Source: Candidatus Binatia bacterium
Lineage (GTDB): Bacteria; Desulfobacterota; Binatia; UBA1149; CAITLU01
Direction: 5' to 3'
Assembly: GCA_047611725.1 (NCBI GenBank)
Contig: JBLFWR010000004.1
Coordinates: 10,496 to 74,495 of the forward strand
Length of the DNA: 64,000 bases
Shown here: piece by piece, positions 13,661-20,258 of the stretch
How the letters are laid out: the number at the start of each line of letters is the position of its first letter
How positions within the stretch are numbered: the first letter of the stretch is position 1
Notes under the pieces: model-generated
The model's input: only the letters and a program-made list of their open reading frames with translations
The model's database searches: none
Told to the model about the DNA's origin: nothing
Program-made: the position numbers and the translations under genes

Positions 13661-15742
13661 TTAAAACAACTTTTCGGTTAACATGTCGATGCGAATGGCT
13701 GCTGGACCAGGTGTGCCAGCAGCGAGGTTCACGCCGCCATTGTTGGTCGGGGGCACGCAGAACGTTCCAACGACAATCGGGTTGTCCACGTCCGGTGTGC
13801 CTGAGAGCAGAATTGGATCCAGGAAGCAGGTCCGGGTCTCGATAACCGTACACTCTCCGCAATCGTTGCCCGGACAAACATCACCGGCTCCGCCCTCGAA
13901 AGTCTCGCAGTCTGCGGTGGTGATGCACGCGAGCACGCCTCCTCCGTTGGCACGAGTCAGACCGTCACAGAACTTGTCGAACGGGCCTGCACCGGAGCAT
14001 GAGCCTCGATCAGTCTGGGAGATGTCGTCGTTACACACGGTGTCTCCACACTGGTTGGGAACACGGTCGGCGGCTGCTCCGCCACCGTTCGAGGTGCAGG
14101 TCGTACCGCCGACAGCGACGCATTCGGCGTCGGAGTTACAGGGCTGGGACAATGCCCCAACGCACTGTCCGCAAGCGCAGTCCAGTGTGTTGAGCGCGCC
14201 GTCACACTTCACATCGAAACCGAGTGAGGTGCTGCCGGTGGTCAGCTCAAGGTTGATGACCAAGCCTGTGCCGCTGATGTTTTCAGTGGCTGAGGAGGGA
14301 CAGTCCAAGCTGACATCGCCGAAGCTCGCATCCAGAGCATGGACGTCGCACGGTTGGCCATCTTGCGCACCGCCCGTGCAGGTTCCGTCGCGATTGCCGT
14401 CCTGAGCGGTGGTGTCCCCTTCACAAATCGGACAAGGCTGCTGTTGCACCTCGCCAGTGTGAACCTTCGACAACAGGTTGATGTTGAGTATGCCGGTGCC
14501 GTTGTCCGGATCCGAGGTGCCGGTGATATCTTCACGGAGGCGGTTCTGGGAGCAAGTAAACGTCCCGCCAGCCGAGATGGCCAAAGGTCCGCCGAGGTAG
14601 TAGCCGCATTCCCCGCCAGATGGGCAGGCAGGATCGTTTCCAAACGGGTTGGTACACTCGATCGATGTATCTTGCGCGCAACGTGCGAAGTTCGAATACT
14701 GGTCGCTTCGTGTGCTTAGACCGTCGATCGTACACGAACCGCAGCTGCCCTCGCCCAGTCCCGGGCAAGTGATGTCGGCAGCAATTTCGTAGTCATCCGG
14801 CAAGTCGAGGTTGTGGGCAACTCCCGTCCAGCCAACGTTGAGCACCGTACCGGTGGCTCCGGCTGAGCCTTGCCCAGCGCGGATGGTAGAAACGATCCCG
14901 TTTGGACAGGGGCTGTCGCCGTAGCCGGTTGCGTAAGCGAGATCTTTGGCTGCCAGGAATTCAGCTGCCGCACAAGTCTGGAGGCTGGCGATGTCGGCGC
15001 CGCACACTCCCAGTGTGACCAAATCGGCTGGGGCTCCGCAGAACTTGGTGATGAACCCGTCAGCCTTTTCCAGGGACTTCGCTGCTTTGCCTTTCAGGTC
15101 CACGCCACTGCACAGGGCAATGTCGTTCTCGCCGAGCTTCTTGTCGTTGTCCTTCTGGCACTTCTGTTGGTTCTTCAGGAAGTCGTCGAGATATTTCTGG
15201 TAACCCTTCTGAACGAATTTGGCGCACTTCTGGCTGTCCTTGTCGTCCGTGAAGCTGGCAGGGTCCGGAAGGCCGAGGGCTGCGGCGGAGGCGGTCTCCA
15301 CGGCATTCAAGACTTCGCAGGTCAGGCAGTCGGCGATTTCTTGGTCGTCGGCCAAGGGCGTGCTCAAGCTTTCCGACGTGATGCATTCGGCCGAACAAGT
15401 GAAGAATCGGTCTACCACTGATTGAGCCTTCTCAGCGGGGCAATTCTTGTCGAGTGCCGTTACGATTTTTTCGGTGCCCTTGCCAATCTTGCCTTTGCCA
15501 GCATCGGCTACGATGGTGTCATAACAGTCGTCGGTGGCTTCCCGCTTGCCGGCCAGACGGTCTGCGTAGCACTTGCCAATGGCCTTGCCGGCGGTCTTCA
15601 CCATTTTGCCGACTTCTTTGGCCAGGGCGCCTCGGCACTTTTGTTCATCTTTATTGAACTGGGCTTGTGCCAGTGTGGGCGTGAGAGAGAGGGCGAAGGC
15701 AAAAGCCATTGCCCCTCCGAGAATTCTCGAGCGGTTATTCAT
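13661..15742 (-). CDS. Secreted, extremely Cys-rich protein (paralogue 3) with an N-terminal helical Cys-ladder domain
   Basis: ORF 13661..15769. The ATG at 15742 follows GGAGGAG and gives MNNRSRILGGAMAFAFALSLTPTLAQAQ|F. The N-terminal ~250 aa are homologous to the N-terminus of the 990-aa protein. Core motifs are NVGWTGVAHN, GGPLAISAGGTFTC, QPCPICEG, NISGTGLVI and FCVPPTNNGGVNLAAGTPGP. Confidence 0.85.
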   Translation of the reverse strand: MNNRSRILGGAMAFAFALSLTPTLAQAQFNKDEQKCRGALAKEVGKMVKTAGKAIGKCYADRLAGKREATDDCYDTIVADAGKGKIGKGTEKIVTALDKNCPAEKAQSVVDRFFTCSAECITSESLSTPLADDQEIADCLTCEVLNAVETASAAALGLPDPASFTDDKDSQKCAKFVQKGYQKYLDDFLKNQQKCQKDNDKKLGENDIALCSGVDLKGKAAKSLEKADGFITKFCGAPADLVTLGVCGADIASLQTCAAAEFLAAKDLAYATGYGDSPCPNGIVSTIRAGQGSAGATGTVLNVGWTGVAHNLDLPDDYEIAADITCPGLGEGSCGSCTIDGLSTRSDQYSNFARCAQDTSIECTNPFGNDPACPSGGECGYYLGGPLAISAGGTFTCSQNRLREDITGTSDPDNGTGILNINLLSKVHTGEVQQQPCPICEGDTTAQDGNRDGTCTGGAQDGQPCDVHALDASFGDVSLDCPSSATENISGTGLVINLELTTGSTSLGFDVKCDGALNTLDCACGQCVGALSQPCNSDAECVAVGGTTCTSNGGGAAADRVPNQCGDTVCNDDISQTDRGSCSGAGPFDKFCDGLTRANGGGVLACITTADCETFEGGAGDVCPGNDCGECTVIETRTCFLDPILLSGTPDVDNPIVVGTFCVPPTNNGGVNLAAGTPGPAAIRIDMLTEKLF

Positions 15743-16005
15743 AAATCTCCTCCGGTTATTTCGATACAAATTGGCGGCGAATGTATTTATACGTCTCGCA
15801 CCGTGTTGGGGCGGAGATTAAGATTGCGTCCGTAGCGGTGTCAAGGGAAGTTCTAGGATAACCTAAGCAATAAGCGTTCAACTCGGAGTTTAGGAAGCTC
15901 GCTCGGCAGTCGAAATGTACGATGACGCAGCGAGCCGTTGAGCGGTTTTCCGCGCTGCCAGACCAAGCCGTCGCGAAAGCGATTCCCCACAGGAGACTGA
16001 TTCGA

Positions 16006-16386
16006 ATGAAGAAAACCACTATTTCGTTAGCCCTGCTCGTCGCCACGACCGTCGTCGTGAGCGTGTCCGTTGCTGAAGCCGGTCTGACCTGTCGCAAGGT
16101 TGTTGCCAAAGAGGCAACGGGTGAAGGCCGCAACGCCCTAAAAGGGTCGCGTGTAAAGTGTGGCGAAGGCGAATTCCTGACTGGAGGTGCCTGTTATCCT
16201 GAGGTTCGTCCCGAAGAAGACGGCAGTTGCCAAACCTCGGCGATGGGAATCATCCAAACCTTAGTCGATTATCCCGGCACCACCGAGGCTGCATTTTTCA
16301 CTTGCATGCAGACCGGAGGAACGGATTGTCCGGTCGATGAGCGCACTCGAGCCATGGCGATTTGCTGCAGAATCGTCGACGAATAG
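16006..16386 (+). CDS. Small secreted Cys-rich protein, unknown function
   Basis: ORF 15922..16386. The internal ATG at 16006 follows AGGAGA and gives the signal peptide MKKTTISLALLVATTVVVSVSVAEA. The mature part has 8 Cys. It is divergent from the 702-aa gene. Confidence 0.6.
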   Translation: MKKTTISLALLVATTVVVSVSVAEAGLTCRKVVAKEATGEGRNALKGSRVKCGEGEFLTGGACYPEVRPEEDGSCQTSAMGIIQTLVDYPGTTEAAFFTCMQTGGTDCPVDERTRAMAICCRIVDE

Positions 16387-16428
16387 AGGGCTTGCTCGGA
16401 GCTCGGCTAGAGCCGTCTTGAGAGAGAC

Positions 16429-16467
16429 AAAAAAAGGGGTCGGTGCGTTAGCACCGACCCCTTTTTT
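16429..16467. terminator. Bidirectional rho-independent terminator
   Basis: An A-run, the 11-bp perfect stem ggggtcggtgc / gcaccgacccc with loop gtta, then a T-run. It lies between the convergent genes ending at 16386 (+) and 16487 (-). Confidence 0.85.
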
Positions 16468-16486
16468 GCTCACCCTGCTGGGGTGT

Positions 16487-18454
16487 CTAGAACTGCCAGG
16501 TTGCCTGGAAGCTCGTTTCTGAGCGTCCGCGGCTTCCACCGCCGAGGAACCAAGGCTCGAACAATTCCCCACCGTCGATGTCAGAGTCGTTCTTGTGTCC
16601 CTGGTATGGATCCCAGGGATAACCTACCCAGATCAAGCGTGTGGTGATGTTCAACGCGACATTCGGCGTGATGAACCAATCTACACCGATCGCCACCTCC
16701 TGCGAGTAGCTGTTCACCGGATCCATAATGTAAATGAAGGCCGGAACTAGCGTCCCACCCTTGTAGAAACCGATGGCCGCGAAGGTCGTCAGGATTTCCC
16801 ACTGGTGAATGGTGTCGCGCCCTTTGCCGTTGGGTGAATCGAGCTTGGGTAGATCGAGTCCGCCGATCAAGCCCGTTTGCTCGCCGGGGAGCAAGAAGTT
16901 CCCGTTGTCGTCACCACAGTTCTCACCCGGATCGTTCGTGTAGCCGTTGGCCGGGTCGTCTCCGATGGCACAGCGTCGGCGCTCGTGCTCGATGATGTAG
17001 TGCCAGAACATCTGGCCGGAAAGGAAGAAGGTGGTCTTCTTGTTCAGCCACTTGATCCAAGTCGGACGATCGAAGGCGATCATACCCTTCCACATGTTTT
17101 TCGAAGTGATTCCGGGAAGCAGGATCGGGCCGTTGTCAGGACGATTGAACAGCGCGTTCTGCTTGTCACCATCGTAGAAGGGCAGGTCGAAATCGATCAC
17201 CGACTCAACGCGCCAAACCGTTTGCGTGTACACCCCCTCGAACCAATTGAACGAGAAGCCGACGGTGTGGACGTAAGGGGTGAAGTACTCGGCGCACAGC
17301 TCACCTGCGGCCCACGGCACTGCTGCGGCAACACCTGGGTCGTTCGGGTCCAAAGCCCGCCCTTCGCACCATTGCTGCGCGTTGAACGTGCGCTCGCTCC
17401 CGTTATCGAAGGTGACGTCGAAGGTCTGGTTTTGCGGGACACCTCGGACGAACGCGATCGGAGATCCGTCAGGAGAGAACCGCTGGTAGAGATAGTTGAT
17501 CGTCCACTCGGTCGAACCCGCCAAGAAGTGGAACCGAATTCCAAACTGACTGTTGTCGGCAATGTTCTTTGCGTAGTTGCCTTGATTCAGGAACTGGGTG
17601 CCGTTGAGCAGGCCGCTACAGGTGCCGTCTTTGGCGTTGCGGCAGAACGAACTCTGGAATGCACCGGAGCCTTTGGAATTTTCCAGAGGGTTAAGAATCT
17701 TGGCTCCCCAGGGGCGCGGCAGGAAGCCGACCTTGCCTGGGTTCCAGTCAAAACCGGGATTCCAGTAGGCCTCAATAAAGGTCTGCGAGAGCGGACCAAC
17801 CTTCTTCAGGTCGTATAGCCCCTTGACCATGAAGAAGGGCTGACGAATTTCATCGAATCCGAACCCGGGCGGCGGCAGCTCTTGGAAAAAGTGCCAAGAA
17901 AGATCGAGCGTGTTTGCACGGTCGAGCATGCGGAAGCCGTCGGTCTCGCCCCAAACAATCTGCTGCTTACCAATGCGCAAGGTCAGCGGAATGTGCTTGA
18001 AGTACAAATCGATGTACGCCTCGCGAATATTATTGTTGAACTTGAACGAGTCCCGCTCGTCCGCAGACAGCGAATCAAGCGAGACGTCTTGAGGGGTCAA
18101 CGGGTCGCCCTGGAAATCTTTACGCTCAAGCTGGCCCGGCCTCGTGTCGTAGATGCTGTCGTACATGCCGCGGTACAGCATGTAGATGTCGGAGCGCTTC
18201 AGGAAGGGAACGTTGTACTTCCCGAAAGCCTTGCCCCGTTGCAGCCACTTGTACTCCAGGCGCAGCTTCAGCGTGTTGCGCTGCATAATGAACGCCAAGT
18301 TGTCGATATCCTGATGGCGGATAACGTTCGTAGTGCGAATGTGTCCGCCGATATCGAGGCCGTTTGCGCGGTATAGCGCGTCAGCCGGCATCGGTGCCGC
18401 GATAACCAGACTGAGCGCGAGCGCGAGCCCGAGCGTCCAGGAGACTGCTTTCAT
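16487..18454 (-). CDS. Outer-membrane beta-barrel protein, DUF1302-like
   Basis: 655-aa ORF with signal peptide ...VIAAPMPADA. Rich in Tyr/Trp/Gly/Asn with alternating beta-strand character. The C-terminus ...SFQATWQF ends in Phe (OMP signature). The N-terminal GGHIRTTNVIRHQD...LKLRLEYKW resembles DUF1302; this family call is from memory and was not searched. Confidence 0.65.
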   Translation of the reverse strand: MKAVSWTLGLALALSLVIAAPMPADALYRANGLDIGGHIRTTNVIRHQDIDNLAFIMQRNTLKLRLEYKWLQRGKAFGKYNVPFLKRSDIYMLYRGMYDSIYDTRPGQLERKDFQGDPLTPQDVSLDSLSADERDSFKFNNNIREAYIDLYFKHIPLTLRIGKQQIVWGETDGFRMLDRANTLDLSWHFFQELPPPGFGFDEIRQPFFMVKGLYDLKKVGPLSQTFIEAYWNPGFDWNPGKVGFLPRPWGAKILNPLENSKGSGAFQSSFCRNAKDGTCSGLLNGTQFLNQGNYAKNIADNSQFGIRFHFLAGSTEWTINYLYQRFSPDGSPIAFVRGVPQNQTFDVTFDNGSERTFNAQQWCEGRALDPNDPGVAAAVPWAAGELCAEYFTPYVHTVGFSFNWFEGVYTQTVWRVESVIDFDLPFYDGDKQNALFNRPDNGPILLPGITSKNMWKGMIAFDRPTWIKWLNKKTTFFLSGQMFWHYIIEHERRRCAIGDDPANGYTNDPGENCGDDNGNFLLPGEQTGLIGGLDLPKLDSPNGKGRDTIHQWEILTTFAAIGFYKGGTLVPAFIYIMDPVNSYSQEVAIGVDWFITPNVALNITTRLIWVGYPWDPYQGHKNDSDIDGGELFEPWFLGGGSRGRSETSFQATWQF

Positions 18455-18710
18455 CGAAATTCCCTCACAAATAACGGGGTGCGACCCCGTTCCCTCTCTT
18501 TAATTCCTTGACCCGACGGATCGAAGGCCAGCGATTAAAACACCGCGGTGCGGACCAGGCAACCAAATCCTGTGTTCCGACCGTTAATGTTTTTTGGAAG
18601 CTCGGTCTTGCGCCAACGGTTTGTCACCCCCAGCCAGCACGCGTACAAGGCGCCCGACCTCTGAGGCACGCCACTTTCAGTGCAGGTGCGCCGAATGGCT
18701 GCATCGTTGG

Positions 18711-18806
18711 GGAGAAGGATCGGGTCCGGTGGCCCGGCCGGTCTTCAAAACCGTGACGTCGACCCTTGCGGCCGACGGAGGGTTCGACTCCCTCCCTTCT
18801 CCGCCA
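18711..18806 (+). tRNA. selC: tRNA-Sec (anticodon UCA)
   Basis: Hand-folded. 8-bp perfect acceptor stem GGAGAAGG/CCTTCTCC. 6-bp D stem CGGGTC/GGCCCG with the 4-nt loop CGGT. Anticodon loop CTTCAAA (UCA). Long variable arm (about 18758-18776). 5-bp T stem GAGGG/CCCTC with loop TTCGACT. Discriminator G and an encoded CCA. The 8/5 geometry and the D arm match bacterial tRNA-Sec. The anticodon stem has only 4 clean pairs. Confidence 0.9.
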
Positions 18807-18816
18807 AGTTTTGCGT

Positions 18817-18853
18817 GCAGCGCGTCGATAGAAAAGGCTATTTGACGCGCTGC
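18817..18853. terminator. Stem-loop between tRNA-Sec and the convergent beta-propeller gene
   Basis: 10-bp perfect arms gcagcgcgtc (18817-18826) and gacgcgctgc (18844-18853) with a 17-nt loop. No strong U-tract. Confidence 0.35.
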
Positions 18854-18895
18854 GCTGTCTTGCCACTCGTCAGTGATGACACCGGAATCTCGGGG

Positions 18896-20248
18896 CTAAC
18901 GTCCGAAACTCAAGGTAAACGGCAGGGCGCCGGGAAAGATCGGGTCCTTCGTCAATTCGACGTTGTTGGCGATGTTGAAGACCCTGAGTCCGGCCGTGAC
19001 CGGTTTCGAGTTTTCGCGGAAAGACACCCACAATTCGCCCGCCTCGGTCAGTTCGATGTCGGTGATGGCCTCTGCGCTCGAAAGAAGTTCGGCGCTTACC
19101 CGCCCTTGCTTAAGGTCGATCTCGACCACCCGGCTGCGAGAGTCCGCTCCCGCTACGATGCCATAGGCACGAGACGACCCGACCACGGCCAGGTCGAACA
19201 GGTCGCCTCCCAGAGCGGAACCGTCGATCAGGACTCCGAGCGACGCTCCAGCCTGGAGATCCACCAATTCGACCCCACCGTCGGACTGATCAACGAACAC
19301 TTTGCCGGGCCCGCCTATATATAGAAGCCCGGAGCGCGGCTCTACGATCAGTCCCTTGGTTTCCAGAAACGGGTTCTCAAGCTCCAAGTCGATGGAGCCA
19401 ACGATCTTGTCGGTCTCTACATCGATCACTGCCAGCCGGCCGGGAGCTGCGGGCAGGAAAAATCCGGTGTGATCGAGCATTTGCAGGGAGACGTAGAGAC
19501 GGTTGCCGACGACCGCCATTTGGTCCATCTCGGGGAGCCCATCCTCGTCGGCGAGTGAAGAGAGATCGATTCGCTCTAGGATCAGCCCGTCGCAACTAAC
19601 CGAAAGGCCCGATTGCAGCACCGCGACGTCCAAGACCAGCAGCTCCGCTCCATCGTAGAGAGTGGCGTATGCCTTGTTGCCCACCCGCGCGATGTCGTGA
19701 GGATTGGAGTTAAAGCCATCCGATAGACTGCACTGTTTTACAGTCGGGAGTGCGGGGTCATCGAGATCCAGGCGCTGCACCGAGTTGGCACCGAAGCGGT
19801 TGAGAAAAACCGGTTCGGTGCCGAGCTTGCGGACTACAGAGTCGCGATGAAGCACTCCCGGCCGAAACTGAACAGCGCGTGTGGCCAGATCTACGACCGC
19901 AACCCCGGCCGCATCAAAGCGAGACGAGGCCGTGGCAACCGCGACGAAGCGGTCTTTGAATGCGGCGCAGCGGGGAATGGTATCCGTGACCGCCGCAAGC
20001 AGTATTCCCAAGGCGTCGGATGCCGACAGCCTCCCGTCCGGCTCGTGCTGCGCCGAGTTGTCGCCCCGGTCGTCGTACTGTCCTGCTACCGCCTTCTTCA
20101 GGGCAGCCAGGGCGTCGCTGGCAAAGACAAAGCCGTCGCCTGTGACGTCGCCACACAGTGCAAACCCGGTGCTTGGGAGGCAAAGCAGCAGGGTGATCAA
20201 AGCGGGGAGACATGCGCCGCCCAGGATTCTCGTTTGATTGCGTATCAT
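18896..20248 (-). CDS. Secreted beta-propeller protein (YncE/lactonase-like repeats) with an N-terminal dockerin-like repeat pair
   Basis: 450-aa ORF with signal peptide ...LCLPSTGFA. Dockerin-like CGDVTGDGFVFASDALAALKKAVAG ... DGRLSASDALGILLAAV. The remainder has repeated beta-propeller-like strands (LLVLDV, LAVIDVETDKIVGSIDL, VELVDLQAG, VVEIDLKQGRV). It starts 10 nt after the stop of the TonB-dependent receptor. Confidence 0.75.
   Translation of the reverse strand: MIRNQTRILGGACLPALITLLLCLPSTGFALCGDVTGDGFVFASDALAALKKAVAGQYDDRGDNSAQHEPDGRLSASDALGILLAAVTDTIPRCAAFKDRFVAVATASSRFDAAGVAVVDLATRAVQFRPGVLHRDSVVRKLGTEPVFLNRFGANSVQRLDLDDPALPTVKQCSLSDGFNSNPHDIARVGNKAYATLYDGAELLVLDVAVLQSGLSVSCDGLILERIDLSSLADEDGLPEMDQMAVVGNRLYVSLQMLDHTGFFLPAAPGRLAVIDVETDKIVGSIDLELENPFLETKGLIVEPRSGLLYIGGPGKVFVDQSDGGVELVDLQAGASLGVLIDGSALGGDLFDLAVVGSSRAYGIVAGADSRSRVVEIDLKQGRVSAELLSSAEAITDIELTEAGELWVSFRENSKPVTAGLRVFNIANNVELTKDPIFPGALPFTLSFGR
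19979..20158 (-). other. Dockerin-like EF-hand repeat pair (domain of the beta-propeller protein)
   Basis: GDVTGDGFVFASDALAALKKAV and EPDGRLSASDALGILLAAV, separated by about 15 aa. Confidence 0.6.
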
Positions 20249-20258
20249 CGGGGCACAC

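Noticed and set aside
18455-18895. Genomic island integrated at tRNA-Sec.
   Set aside because: There is no integrase, excisionase or phage gene on either side, and I saw no direct repeat of the tRNA 3-prime end nearby. The flanking genes have the same GC-rich character as the rest of the window, judged by eye only.
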